A DNA stretch of 61,993 nucleotides, filler included, from Choristocarpus tenellus KU-1152 (Eukaryota; Protista; Phaeophyceae): NCBI GenBank assembly GCA_964200185.2. It is 14 parts of 14 records of this genome, joined end to end, with 100 filler letters (N's around TTAATTAATTAA, not from the genome) between each part and the next. Parts side by side here need not be neighbours in the genome. Positions count along the whole stretch, not along the records: positions 22,020 to 33,158 come from CAXNAD020002486.1; positions 33,259 to 36,531 come from CAXNAD020021123.1; 12 more parts are not named here. One strand, 5' to 3'. The position numbers were made by a program, and so were the translations under genes. Positions 22,137 to 36,631 of the stretch are shown piece by piece. A model generated the notes under the pieces. The model made no database searches and was not told the DNA's origin. It saw nothing but the letters and a program-made list of their open reading frames with translations. Every line of letters starts with the position of its first letter. Positions within the stretch are counted from its first letter, which is position 1.

Positions 22137-25100
22137 GTGAGAGCTGAACGACATGCGGAGAGAGCTGAAGCTGCACTTGAAGCACTAAGGGTCAGTGCTG
22201 CAACAACTGAGAGCACAAGCAGTGGACTCCATCCATTGAACCTGGTCAAGCTCAGCATTGATGCAGCGAGGGCAAGGTATTTGAAGACTTGACTTTCTGT
22301 TGGTGCTCTTCTCTTAGAGTACTATGTTTATTGGACTTAAGCCAGTACTTGTTTCTCTTGGTGATTACTTGTATCCTGTGCAGATGATGTTGATGGGCGC
22401 GATTGTGAGATGCAGATTGTTCTTCATTTGCAGAGAGGTCATTGGTGGGAAAGGGGGGAGAGGTGGATCCTAGATGTAGGACTGGGACCAGCAGTTGGAG
22501 TGGATGCCCTCATATCTTGTCATCTCTAATTGAGTCTTCCAAGTGACGAGCCCCTTCCTCTCTTGAAGAGGCTTTGCCCATTGCAGTTCCAACTATAAGA
22601 ACCACTTGTATCTGCTGTGTTGTAGTTCTCACTTTGTGGCTTCACATCTCCTCCCAGCATTGCCTCTCCACTACCCCCCTTGGTAGTGAGAACCTTATCT
22701 AGTCCAGACGTACGAGCTTTGCTTGTGCTTTTTCCCACCATCTATAGGTGTACAGTGGGTGAGATATCTGCTGCACTTGAGGAGTCTTGGGGGCGCCACA
22801 GGCCATCCACAGCAGTGGTACACGGAGCCTATAGTGCAAGCTACAACGAAGCTGTCGGGGTAAGTTACTTAATGCCCTGATCTGTTGTTGTGGACAGCTT
22901 TGGTCATAATTATGGTAGAGGTGTAACTGCATGTGTGTCTTCTTCATGACCCTCCAAGTTACTTCTCTTAACTATCCTCTGGTCTTAGTTCACAACTTGG
23001 CAATGCGATCCTTTCATGCAGGACTCGACTAACCTCCCCTCCAAATTGAGAGACACTAGAGTAGTTATTCACCTGGTGCTCTTTTTCTTGTTTCTGTCTG
23101 TCCCTTGACATGCCCTTTCCACTGTTGACATCTTGACATCACCTTGGATTCTATCGATACCCTCCCCTTTCCCACCTCTCTTGTTAAGGATAAGGAGTGT
23201 GCTGATGTCATGAGTCGGGTGGAAAGGTTTGCTGAGGTTGAGGGGCGGAGACCCCGAATCCTGGTGAGTGTGAATTTAGATGTTCGCAATATAGCTGCTA
23301 GAAAAGTAAAATGACCTCAGCACAGCATGTGTTTTGTTCTGGCCTTGTGTGACCTTATCCTAAGTCTTTCTTTACAAGCATAGTGTTGAGAAAAAAAGAG
23401 CTTTAAGTAACCTCTATAGTATGAATACTCACTGTGGGCAGTTGTTGAGTTCATGACTGCGTTTGGAGTCATGATGGTATGCTTGAGTCTGTCCACAAGG
23501 ATGGTGTTTGGATTGCTTCTTTGCTGAATCAAGAGGCTGGAGACTGCCGTCTCTCTTTCCGAAATGATCACCACCTGCATATCAATAAAGGAAATTTCTA
23601 CATGTTTTGAGCGTTTCCCAGGTGGCCAAGATGGGTCAGGATGGGCATGACAGGGGAGGCAAGGTCATTGCCAGTGGGTTTGCTGACCTTGGGTACGATG
23701 TGGACGTTGGACCATTGTTCCAGGTGAACGGCTTTCATGTCCCAGGTTGACTGAGGATTTTCCAGTTCTCTTGGTCTATGATGGAGAGTACTTGTGGTAG
23801 ATGCTTAAAAAACTGTGGGTTACATTACTATTACTCATATATAATGTATCATATATCATACATCTATAACGTAGATTACTCCTGTTACTTGGCACCTGCA
23901 AGCTCCGATACAACATTCAAAATTGCTCATGAGAGGTGCTGCAGTGTTTTATCTTATCAACTGTGACATGTTGTCAATGTTGACGACTAACAAGGGCACT
24001 AAGACCAAGTATATTTTATGATGTGTTTGAGAACCAACCAATCGAAATTTAGGGATGTGATGAGTTGATATTGAGCACTCGGCAATATTATTGTTCTTTC
24101 CGAAAAGAGTTAAATCTTTGTCCAAGGCAAGATGCAAGGTCTAATATTGGTACTCCTGCCCAGGGGTTTAGTTCCTCAAAGGGTATCATTGAGGGACGTT
24201 TCGGCACACCCAGTTGGAACCAGAAAAATGCTAGGAGAATGGGCAATGGAATGTGTGAATTGAGAGGCTGAGAAGACAGCAGCCTCTTTAGAGGTGTAAA
24301 CAAATGATGTGCCTGTGAGGTCAAGACACCATGAAGGTTCATTCTCCATTGAATCAAGACCTGAACAAAGAGGAGGGCCTCAAAGACCAGCCCTACAGTG
24401 CTACACCTAACATGAAGGGAGATATGTTCATTATATTGTTGGATGTTTGACATGTGCAATATGCTCCAAACATGGGTTTTCTCAGTTTACACTGTGTCCC
24501 CCAACTACTCCAAAACACAAAAAAATATACTGCATTTTTCAGGCTTTTATCACTTCACACATCAATCAGTACCTGAAGATAACCTTTCTCTGCCAGTAAA
24601 TTCTTCCTCATGCTATACCAAATCATTGCCTGTTTTGTCCATCGAGTATTTCTCCCTTCCTCGTGGCACCCATCTCAGAACACCAAAAACGCTTAGCACT
24701 ACTACAACCTGTTACCCATTGGTATTGAATATTCAATTGTCATGACTTGATGTGTCCTGTGCTCATTTTCTACCCCTTCTCATTTTGTCTATCTGATCAA
24801 TTCGGAGAGCATTATTTTTAGCATATGCCCATGAATCTTACCTCATGCAAGTACATCTTGTAGGGTGTATTACTTCTGCAATCCAGTAGTGCAGATCTCC
24901 TACACAACCCCCATGGTAAAGCTACATTGTCTATCTCACGAGATGCTGTTAGGATCGGATGATCAATGACAAAAAATTGTTCCCAAGACTCCCCATATAG
25001 AGGGAGAGACCAAAATGCCATTTTGAAAAGGTTACCATCATGTTGGAGAAGTCTTTTGATTGCTGCAAATTAGACACTTGATTATATTCGATTGATGTAT

Positions 25101-25570
25101 TTCTGTTGTCAATTTCTTGACTTTGCCTTGTCTCATCTTCTCTCACTACAACTATCACCACTTCTGTTTCTATACTGCCATACATATCTGAATCCCACTC
25201 CCCCATGGTCCTTCTTGTTGAATGATGTTGAATGACCCACTGCCCGCAATTGCTTCCTGATATTATCATACACCAGACTCCACAGGAGGTTGCCCAGCAG
25301 GCAGTGGATGCTGATGTTCATGTCATCGGCGTCAGTTCCCAGGCAGCAGGTCACATGACCCTCACCAAAGACCTCATTGAAGAGCTTGCAAAGTTGGGAG
25401 CAGAAGATGTAGTTGTGGTTTGTGGAGGTGTGATCCCACCTCAAGACTACGACCAACTCAAGGCACAAGGAGTTTCCTCAATTTATGGGCCTGGAACACG
25501 AATAACAGCGGCTGCGCTGGAAGTCCTAAGTGAGATCGAGAGTAGGAGAGGGTCTCGTGATGACAGTTGA
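22137..25570 (+). CDS. MMUT: Methylmalonyl-CoA mutase (B12-dependent), C-terminal five exons (22137-22276, 22748-22859, 23189-23263, 23622-23723, 25277-25570)
   Basis: [13 protein letters not shown]|[11 protein letters not shown]; EGRRPRIL|[34 protein letters not shown]|[26 protein letters not shown]...[10 protein letters not shown]...IYGPGT. Includes the cobalamin-binding DxHxxG motif; phases are consistent. Confidence 0.97.
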
Positions 25571-27866
25571 TCTTGCACTTAGCAAAGATTGCACAATAGT
25601 CCACAACCTGGTCAACTAAAGGCACCAAGTTGCATGTGGTACGGGTTGACAATGAAGGCTATGGTCATGCACTGATCGAGTGCTTGCTTCCCCTGTGATT
25701 TTGAGTGAATCCTGGTGAACACAGCTGGGAAATAAATTGGCAGAATGATTTTGTTTTGGTCCATAGGTCTAATTGCATCAAGTTTGCCAATCCCTTGCCT
25801 TTGGGGCTGCTCGCAAATGCCTGTGGTGTGCATTAAGACTGAAAGCCACCTATTTGCTCTATTAAGTGATGGTTGTGTTGTAATAGTGATAGTGTAGTAA
25901 TCATTTTTGTAGTGGAAGCACTTCAAGTAGCTGTGGACCTAACTCAATGAGTGTGTGTATGGTGTATCATGTGTTGGCTGGAGAATATTCATTCATCGTT
26001 ATCCATCCATCCCTTCCTCAATAAGGTTTACCAATATACATACTACTAGTATAGGTATAGGTGAGTGTACCACTAAGCAGCAGTGCATCACCACATCAAG
26101 CTCCTTACTACTTTGGATATTAGCTTAATACTCCTTTATGAAGTAGAAGTAGTAAAAGAGGATGTACCATAGGCATACCACTTCTAGTGTCTCATGTTTT
26201 TTCAATCTGTGTGTGGCATATCCTGCCACGACGTTCATCTATTGCAGCGTAACACTACACACACATATATGGTGGCATGGAAACAAGCGAAGGGTATATT
26301 TTACTTCCAACACCTACTACATTCCGTGAGTGGCACATAGATATGTGCTGTACCTTGATTGTAGTCTAATCCCGTGTAATAGGATGCTGACAGCATGGGA
26401 ACAAAAAGGAGTACTAGGTAGTCGAGAAAAGGTACTATAAATAGTACATTGCAATCAGCAAACCTATCTACAGTGAAGAAATAGTGAATATAAATTTGGA
26501 TCCCTGCACATGACACGTGAGAAAAAAGAAAAATATGAGTGATAGATGAGTTATCCGGAAAAGTGGACAAAAGGTCCTTCTATCTCTTTGCAGGCTTCAT
26601 CATACGACTTTCTACATCAACCATACCAGAATCACCTCTCTCATATTTGCAGTCTAAGGTGTAAACAGCACACAATACTTGGTTGCTTTCATCAAGCAAC
26701 ATCTCTTATTCTCCTTCTCAAGCACACAAACTAGTCCTACAAACCCCCATGCAGACTGACTAAAACAGTATTGTTATGGGGTGTAAATGATGAATATTGT
26801 ACATGCACAAAAAGAGCTGGTGCATGGAACCTTTTTTTTTTGAGGGGCTATTGCTAATACTGGAGTGTCATGATCAAACCAGGTAGTTACTGGATTAGGG
26901 TAGCCCTGACTATTTCCAGGGCATTGCTTGGTGTAATTTATTTAAATCACAAGAGTAACAGGAGACACACCCAAACCTCAACCCCCATCCTAAATTGTTG
27001 AACATATTTCAAAGCATGTTTAGCTAAGCTATTTTCCTAACGCTATAGTTCATAAGAGAACATGTGATACCCCCAAGGAGTCAATTGTCCAAAACGGGTT
27101 ACTACTGCATTCACTTGCCCATGCACTAGCAACGTGTTGGTTCTTCAGCAAAATTTTATGCCACGCCTCTTGGAAAAGGGCATGTTGGTCCCCTCTCATA
27201 TGGGTCTTCATGCAGGCTGTCAACAACGGGAAAGGGACTGGGCTTCAGTCCTATACCTAAAAGTCCACGCTAACAAAAACTATTCCCTTGGCCCTCCCCT
27301 CCAACAAGCACCCACCAATATGAAACTGAAAGGAGGGTCACAAGGGAGGAGCCAGAAACATAACATATATTGTGGACAGCAGATATTATACAGTAATGAT
27401 TGTGAACTTTTGCAAACCTGTGCTGCGTGCTTTGCACATTGTCCATACTCCCTCCCCCCCACCTATTAGCCCCAACCAGGGCACATGATCGCATGGCCTG
27501 CTTTATCTTCCTCTGCCCCTACCTGCGCTCCACATATATCTTGTTGTCTCTGACCATCCATATCCCTGTCTTAGCTTATTTCTCTTTTCATATACCCCTG
27601 CATCCCCTCAAGCACATGTGCTTCACTGAGTAACCTGTATTAAATCGCCTCCCACTTCCTGCTGCCTCCACACAATACCTCCAAATGTGCAACACACAAG
27701 GAGTCCATTGTCCTTGTACCAAGCCCATGTGCACGTGTTACCCAGAGATGTTTGGCCTGTACAGGCCATACAGAAGGTCAGGGGATGACCATCCCTCTCA
27801 TCTATCTCATCAATGCCCACAACATCATCTTCTGGAGAGCTCAAATCATCCAAACACGGTGATGCC

Positions 27867-29099
27867 TCAACGTGCAAATGGCAGGAAGAGGTAACTGGCG
27901 TAGAAAATCTTCCACAAGAACATGTAAAACTTGTACACCTGCAAGGTGTTTTTCGGGTCTACCCCAACTGATCGCTGTCGAACCAGTTGTGCTGCACACA
28001 GAGCACACACACCCACGAGTCCCCTTCAATTGGAGGGTACACAAGAGTCCACAACACAAGGAGCAGGAACACGCAGATCAGTGAGAGGAGGAAGGAAGGC
28101 TGGTTCGAGCGGAGAGCGACAGAGACTTCCACGGCTATGTGAGGGCTTGGAGTATTCAACACATGTAAACACATACATGGCATGCTGCTACAAATAGTCT
28201 TACGTAACATGGTTCAAACTTGGAAAAACTAGCTCAATCTCTAGTGCTCTCAAGCACCGACTCTCATCAGCACTCTATCACATCATTGACTCAAATTCAC
28301 CAAAGTACTCAAGTATTCAAATGTAATGGTACTCCAAGCTCAGCGTTACATGTGGAACTACTTGAACCATTCAGGGGCAAACACATAGTTTCATACCACT
28401 CCACCAAGCGCCGATTTACAAGTTTACAGTACACGGGAAATTTCCAGATTAGTCAGCAGCCCACCAGGCTGTATGCTATTTCTAAATTGCTGGCACTGGT
28501 CAAAGTGGGGCGGTGGAGAAGAGAGGACTCATGAAATGTAAGTTAGGTAACTTGCTATGAAACAAAAAAATGCCAAAACAAACCGAGAGAAGAAAAACGC
28601 AAAAGCTCACACAAAATGCTCTTGAGGCTTTCGACCACAAACACCTAGACCACAGAAGTCACAACCCATCAATAGCAACCCACTCTCTCATGATCATTCT
28701 CCACCCTCTTTCACCAAATCGCCGAGATAATAGATGTATCATCTACTCTATCCCCCTCCACTCCAAACTCCACACCTGGCAAGCGCTGTACCAGGCATTG
28801 CCGCCATGGCTGCTGCCCTTGACCCAGCTGCAAGGACTCCCCCAGCCCCGCACAGCAATGCTGTTAGCAACCGCCTAGCAAGCTTGAACATACCCGCCTC
28901 CCCAAGCACAACCGAGAAGGATGGGATGTTGAACAACCGATCGCCTTCAACGTCCGGCACATCCTTGGAAATTTCATTTTCAATACAAACAACAGTAGAC
29001 AGTAGAGACAGTCTTCAGGAAGGATGGGTGCCGGGATTGGCTGTCCTCTCCTCTCATCAGGTTCCATTTCAACTTGCAATTCAGCTGGTTGTAGTGCAT

Positions 29100-29135
<36 letters not shown>

Positions 29136-32100
29136 CCCTTGTCTCTCCACCTGACTGGCTTTGTGAGTAGGCTTATGTTATGCAATGCAGACAAGTACAT
29201 ACATACTGTCTAGGCAAGGTGCTGTATCCAAAGCAGGAAAGGAGTTGACCATGTGTGTATAATCACCTTACCATAGCACAAGTAGGGCTCAACTGTACTC
29301 TAATTGAAACAGAGGACTACTGATTTGCAAAGCCCAAGGCCCTCTACTCTCCTCTCTTGTAGAAGCAAGAGGATGGAATTACCCGGTGGACAAAGTCACT
29401 TCTCACCGAACCTTGCTGGAATGCGGAACACTTCATCGGAAATGACTTAGGGTTTTCGGTTAAGACAACTCAAAGTGGTGCAAAACGACCACACAGCCCT
29501 CAGCTACTAACTATTGAGGTATGGTGACAACATCAAAGATCCAAATTTTGTATACTTCATTCCCCATAATTACTGCACAGGGTCAGCCACTCTTAACATT
29601 TCAAAATACCTTGTGATTGCCACAATAAGAAATACCTTCCCTCCTTCAACAGACTGTTTAGAGAAGTACCGCCTATGGTGTTGGGTTCAGAATATAATTT
29701 CCTGGGGGTTCTCGAGAGAGAGAGGGAGAGCTACACTGTGGACTAGAATTGTACCATATTGATACTTGTAGAATAGTTGTAACATTTGGCAAGACAAAGT
29801 GAGCAAAATCAAGCCCAAACCCAAACCCTACCCTAACCCTGACACCTCTTCCACACCAGGATCAGTATTCCTGCTATAAAGGATCTTGATTCTAATCTCG
29901 CTTTTCTTTCACCTGTAGAAACTGATACATGACTTGAGGCCCTTGTCACACACACACATACACACACATCTCCATCCACATCACTTCCCTCATACAATTA
30001 AAATCTTCAGCTACACAGTCCAATTTCCCTGCATATATTTGTTCATATTTTGCTACACAACTATTCCAGAAAATTCAATATTGTTCGACTTCCTGCCTGC
30101 TTGGGAACATCACTGTGGTGATCAGGTCTTGTCCCTCAGTCTTCAAAACAACATCATTTACAGTACTGCTCAAGTCCTTCCATTACAAAAACTCCAACCC
30201 TAACCCCTTCTACTGCAAAGGAAACTTTGTAAGGTACCTCCAAATGCTATTGCGACTCAAAGTACCCGAGAGGTAACTAGAGTTGTGTTTTAAGGATGCT
30301 GACAGATATGTTCAAAATTGTTCTATTCTCACAAATAAAATAAGTAAGTAGGATTTTTTCTGACTGTGTCCAAAATTTTACAATAGAGAAACCAACATTC
30401 TCAAGTCAAACTCATTAAATTTCATAATAAAAAAACCCCGGTGAATTACAAAAGATTAAAAAAAAAAACTGGCGTAAAATGAAAAACGGTCAAAACCTGG
30501 GTGGTACCTCTTGCTTACTTTGACTCACTATGATATGTGTCAACATATTTCAAAGCTATAGATACACAAAACATACATACATACATAGAAATTAAATACA
30601 ATGTATTGTACATTTCCAGTATGTTGGAGGGAGGGTGTGTGGGGGTGGGGAGAGGAGATCAGGCAAAGAATATCTCCTTCAAAGTACATACATAGCTCTG
30701 TATCCTGATAACATAATAGGGTTAGGGTAACTAACATACTCTCAAAACACAAGAGACATCTCAAAATTGTAGTCTACTAAGACAATCACACTGAAATATA
30801 CAAAAACTTAATACATATCACAGCAATAACAATGGAACCACACGCCATCCCACATACTAAGAATCACTTTACCCCCCAAAACAAGACAAGGCCAGCACCA
30901 ACACCATACCTTCATGAGAGCAATCACCACTGCAAAAATGGTGAAATAACCCAGCACCAAGGAGCACTTGAGGTCTCTCATGGGCAACAGCAACCCCTTC
31001 CAACCAGCAGCCCCAGCAACCCCAAATGCTGTCGCCTGCTCCATTAAAAGACATATTTGAATCACAGATTCAATTTCATCGGGTAAAAACACCCCCCTTC
31101 TACCAGACAGGCCCAGTGGAGATTCGTTTCCAAGGTAAGCAATACGCTAGGTAGTAAGAGGCCACAGAACCTACCCTAGAGCACTTATCACACTACAAAA
31201 AATTACACAACCAACCTCTCAGCTGGAGGCGTGTTTGAACGGACAACATCCTACAAAAAAAATGTTTTATTTTGTTTTCGAGGAGTTGTCTTAAAACAAA
31301 CGCTAGCAGGAGGGGAAAATGAAAAAATATATATCTGTGAAGCATGACCTGTGCCATGGGTAAATGAGAAATCAGTTCAGTGTTACCAACCTTAACTACT
31401 AACTCAAACACATCACTGCACTAGATAGTAATGGTAATAATAATAAATAATTCACCAACACAAACTACAAACTATCAAATTAGTTGCTCTGGTCCTCCCC
31501 TCAAGGTTCTCCAGTCTGTTGAGCATCCCTAGGCGAGGACAACTCCACTCTGTTTCAAGAATTGAAGGCTGCTGTCTAAGGAACCTAATGTAACTACTAA
31601 TCACTACACTTACAGCACCACCTCTTATCATCGAAGTTGTAACTGTCACACATAAATAGATACATATATACATATATACATACACATATATACATATATA
31701 CATACACATACACATATATACATATACATACATACATACACATATATACATATACATACACATATATACATACACATACATATACATACACATATATACA
31801 TATACATACACATATATACATATATACATACACATATATGTATACATACACATATATACATATATACATACACATATATACATATACATACACATATATA
31901 CATATACATACACATATATACATACACATATATACATATACAGACACATACATACATATACATACACATATATACATATACAGACACATACATACATGAT
32001 GCACATATATAACCCAAGTTTCTTACTGCCAGTTCACAAGAAGATTTTCTTTAAAATGTAATAGGATCGATTTTAGACTAGGGTTAGGTTCACACAAAAA

Positions 32101-32423
32101 ATGGGAAGAAGTCTGTTGAGATTCTCAAGACAGCAAGCCCCTACTAGCGAGAATTGTCTCCAAGAACCCCAACCCTAACCCTTCCTCTACACTCACACCC
32201 CACAACTGTACCCCATTGCCGTCCCTAACCCTACTCCCTAACCCGACAACTGCCTGTACCCCTTTACAAACCTGTGCGTGTGCATAGAACCCTGCATTGA
32301 TAACCGAACCCCTCACTGCAAGGATGCACATTGCTGCTACCTGGGGAAACCTCTGCTCAAGGCGTAAAGATTAAAACAATAAAATAGAGAGGCAATAATA
32401 AAAATATATATATTGAATATATG

Positions 32424-32457
<34 letters not shown>

Positions 32458-33034
32458 TGTATGTATTAGAGAGAGAGGGAGTCGCATCTCAACACAGAGT
32501 CATATTTTATCAGTCTGAAAATGGAGTCAAAGGACCTCTGAGATGGCTCTTGAGGACAGCTCCAACTTACTACCACCAAGTTATCAAACCAAACGTCACT
32601 ACTGAAGCACCCCTGGTTAATAATAAACCATGCTGTGGGATTGGTCCAGTATTGAAATGGACCATAGACTGCGGAAATAGACAGGGGCACTCGTGACTAA
32701 CCCTAACCCTGAAAAAAACTAACCACAAAAAAAAGAACTTGAAAAGGTACAAATGATCACTGTTTAAAAAAAAGGCAAAATGATAATTGTTAAAAAAAAA
32801 GGTACAAATGATCACTGTTTAAAAAAAAGGCAAAATGATAATTGTTAAAAAAAAGGTACAAATGATCATTGTCAAAAAAAGGTAAAATGATCTTTGTTAA
32901 AAAACTTCACAAATGGCATTCACCAATCACTATATACATCAAGGCACAGTGGCGGTAACAGCACGACCCACCTTCAGTCGGAAGGGAGGCAGAGAGTAGC
33001 ATGTCCCAATGAGGGTGGACAACACAATGGTGAA
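27867..33034 (-). CDS. Homogentisate prenyltransferase (UbiA family; HPT/VTE2 or HST), last five exons (33034-32972, 32352-32272, 31035-30910, 28963-28776, 28023-27867)
   Basis: [13 protein letters not shown]|[20 protein letters not shown]|...FAVVIALMK|[21 protein letters not shown]...|...[21 protein letters not shown], matching plant/algal HPT/HST motifs (KD.PD.EGD; FYMFIWKLFY). Confidence 0.93.
30254..30526. mobile_element. MITE family C (~270 bp), same terminal motif as families A and B
   Basis: GACTCAAAGTACCCGAGAGGTAAC ... GGTACCTCTTGCTTACTTTGACTC. A homologous right half lies at ~47700-47784. No clean TSD seen. Confidence 0.6.
31659..31997. repeat. Compound (TACA/TATA/CACA) microsatellite
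   Basis: Directly visible; source of spurious YVYVCM ORFs. Confidence 0.95.
32741..32903. repeat. AT-rich tandem repeat, ~26-bp subunits in a ~53-bp dimer
   Basis: AAAAGGTACAAATGATCACTGTTT alternates with AAAAGGCAAAATGATAATTGTT, about 3 dimers. Confidence 0.85.
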
Positions 33035-33084
33035 CTGACAGGCAAAGGAGACACAAAATTCAACACAGCACACAAGACATGAGG

Positions 33085-33117
<33 letters not shown>

Positions 33118-33399
33118 GGGAGGGGGGTGGAAAAAAAAAGAGAAGTTTTGGGTGGGGGNNNNNNNNNNNNNNNNNNNNNNNNNNNNNNNNNNNNNNNNNN
33201 NNTTAATTAATTAANNNNNNNNNNNNNNNNNNNNNNNNNNNNNNNNNNNNNNNNNNNNCCCTACCACCCCACTCTTCCTCTTTCCATCTCCCCCCCCCCT
33301 CTTCTTTTTTGGGGGGAACCAGATAGAGCAATGTAGCATATTGTTTATATTTCCCCTCCTCAATCTAAACACATATATTTTCAACCTCTGGTTCAACTC

Positions 33400-36100
33400 G
33401 AAACTATTGGAGACGCTCGTGATATACGACTATAACCAGTTGAATATATCCTTCTCATTACCCACACTATTCTGCCCTGAATCTCCTCCCCCCCCTTGAT
33501 TGACTGGAACTGATTATCCCGCTATTGGGCACCATAAAATGCGCTCCTGGTATCACTTTCTTTCACTGTAGTCACTGGTTGTTAATGCTCGTAGCAATAA
33601 TGACAATGCATACTCCCAAAAATCGTATTACATCATGGCCCTAATTCTGACTTTCTTGGCAATTCTCCAATCTTCCACCCTATAATGTAACCTACGATGT
33701 TAAACTCTCACCCTTAAGTCAAAGAGTCAAAGTGGTATCTCAGCTTGTAAGCAAAGTGGTGCAGGAACTACGACTAATCGTTTCCCCTCCCCCCCTTTAT
33801 TGGCAAGCCCTTATTATCCTGCTTGTTATCATAATACGATATTCTCGCACGATTAATTTCTGTTTACTATTGCACATTGTTGTTAATACTTATATCATGA
33901 ACTACAAAGTCTACTGCTAATCCCCAAATCTTATTTTTGTGGCATTCGCTCCACATCCCATTACTACTAGCCTTGGATCCACCACGGGTGACCCTTTCAC
34001 GAAGTAGCCACCTCTATATCACACTACGATGAGCCCTCACTGTTCGATTTTGTCCCAAATGGCTTGGGGCGAACAATATTGACAGTGGGAACAACACGCT
34101 CATTCTATCACTGATCGATGTAGACCTGATATCTGCCCCAGCTCTACATCTCACGTGATATCTGAGACTGGCAATCACTCTACAATTGACCTCACCTGGA
34201 TACGTATGCATCACATGTACCAAGGGATATCCAAGGGGGGGGTTAATTGTTACGATATGTTTCTTCAGGATTACATACGGATATATCCCTCCCTAGTCAC
34301 CCTCAAGGTTTGCCCTGGTTCTTCCATTAATGATTTTATGGTGTCCCAGGCATACTACTCCTACCCTGACCCATGATTATTTTATTCTTCTCATGGGCAC
34401 CATGGGATAAACATGTCTGTGACATAAACGGCCCACTCTACAACTTGCTCCCGCGTACCTCTTTGACTATATCTCCGCCAGGGCACTCCACCCTTTTCCG
34501 CCCTGCTGTGTGCACCAACATAACGATTATTAACGTTGATGTCAGAGAATATTGACAGTTACTACCACATGTCAGGAATATGATTTTTATTTATGCGTAA
34601 AAGAAGATTCTGTAGAAGAAACAAACTAAGGATGACGAGACAATGTTGGTATTCTGAAGGTTAGTAAATGTGTTTGAGCTTGAGAACTAGAATATGGAAG
34701 AGTTCTGGAATAGGAAGCATTGTTTACAGGAATATGTGATTAGTGATTTCTGATCCATTGAATATGAATGACTTGGTGACAAGGACAACCCCCCCCTTTT
34801 GGATTGTGCTTCTCACTCCAACTTTCTACCTACTACAACATAACTGAGAAGGAATTAATCTATATATTTCAATATCAAGACTTGGATTTCACACATTCTT
34901 TAACACCACATCTGAGTGAAACTATCTTAGAGGGTACGAATTTTTCCCCATTTGTCCATTTGTGGGCTTCCCATGGGTTTTTTTATGACATTTTCCGACT
35001 CCAAAATGTTTCGGAGAAGGTAAAATGTATACGTTATGAAAGGTGTGTGAGCCAAAGTATCTTAGAGGGTAGATCCGCGTTTTTTTAGGGGCCAAATTCC
35101 AGTGTTGCGATTTCAATGTAAATTTGGCTATCGTGTTTGTTAGGAAGTGCCAACACCCTTCTTCCAAACACACCTTTTCGTAACATATACATTTTACCTA
35201 CTCCGAAATATCTTGGAGTAGGAAAATGTCATAAAAACCATGAGGGAAGCCAAGCCCCAAACGGACAAACAGGGAAAACCTCGTACCCTCTAAGATACTT
35301 TCACTCTGTCCGAAACATAGATATTGACACTTCCAAGCAAACACGATAGCCAAAATTGCATCAAAATCACAACATTGTATTTTGACCCCCAAATGGATGC
35401 GGCTATACCCTCTAAGATACTTTGGCTCATCTTCCCAGACCACTACAGTCGGAAGCGGCCTGATTCCACACTTGCGCGTCTATCCCTTTTTGCTCATCGT
35501 AACATTGCGCTCAGTCCTCCACTATACCCCTTTCTCTGGATTGCCCCTTCATTGTGCCTGACTCTGCCCATTTCACCATCCATGTCCCATTCCCGCCATA
35601 CACCTCCCTACAATGTTTTTAGCGTCAAGGTCATCATCCCCATACCTTGTAGGCTTCTTCATACCATTTTTATATGGTTTTCAAGCATCGCCACCTTTAC
35701 TACAGGGCATTCCCCATTCTCCACTGCATGAAAGATTGCTCGGAGGTTGCCTTGATGTAGGCCTGCTTGTCCTGTCCCACCAACCTAAAGTCTTCCTTAT
35801 GTTCTGATCCATCCCTTCCTACCTCGTGCTTCCACCTACCACCCATTTCCTTTATTTTCTCTCCTACCTCTTCTGCTTCCTAGCTACCCAGTACTTAACT
35901 CTTCGTCCACATTCTCACTAATTTATTTTTACCCTACTCATCACTCTGCCCCTCATGCATCATTCATCCCAGAATTCTCTCGCCCACAAAACTCAGATTA
36001 TTTCATTAACTTCCCCATTATATAAATATGTTAGTTTATCGTTGTAGGCGACTCGGTCTACTACAACCTCTCTAGCCAATCCACCCTTCCACTGCCTTTC
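33400..36100 (+). pseudogene. Decayed non-LTR (LINE) retrotransposon remnant
   Basis: Weak: possible RT-like VVQ..SPPPLY and KWLG, and a C-terminal THFL.F..C...Y.TLR-like pattern at ~35840-35910. Interrupted by MITEs; many stops. Confidence 0.3.
34914..35428. mobile_element. Nested MITE A: outer copy (TSD ATCT) containing an inverted inner copy at 35049-35306 (TSD TGT)
   Basis: Four TIRs are visible. Removing the inner copy plus one TGT restores the family A consensus seen at 38896 and 40226. Confidence 0.88.
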
Positions 36101-36631
36101 TTTGGTTCCTGTGTGTTGTACCTTGAAATAGTTCCCCCCCAGCGCTCTTAACACCTGGCTTGCATCTCATAAACAGACTCTACCACACCTCTCGGGCGCA
36201 TCTGCGTTGTTTGCATGGAACTTGCTTTTAACCCCCTCTACAAGGTCATTAATGGTGCCGTAACGCTCCACCCAATCCCTAGTCTTCAGGTGGTTCATGT
36301 TTAGATCCTGTTTCCTTGTTGATGTTGATGCCTCGGTTCTATACCTCCGCGCCAGGCCCCTGCATCCCATCCCATGCCCCACCTGCCGCACCCCTGCCAG
36401 CCCAGAACACTACTACGCTGCCATTTAGAGGAGTATGGGAACCGAAGCCGTGCTGGAATCCATCCATCACAATCGTCCCCCACCCCTTTAGCCATCCCAC
36501 CATTCCGCTTATTCTCCATCCTACGCCCCCANNNNNNNNNNNNNNNNNNNNNNNNNNNNNNNNNNNNNNNNNNNNTTAATTAATTAANNNNNNNNNNNNN
36601 NNNNNNNNNNNNNNNNNNNNNNNNNNNNNNN

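Noticed and set aside
27623-27866. 84-aa ORF as an extra prenyltransferase exon
   Set aside because: The gene stops at 27867 in another frame; this region is 3' UTR.
31452-32017. Long YVYVCM ORFs (also 42545-42912, 47976-48734, 49681-50086)
   Set aside because: Translations of microsatellites that are open in several frames.
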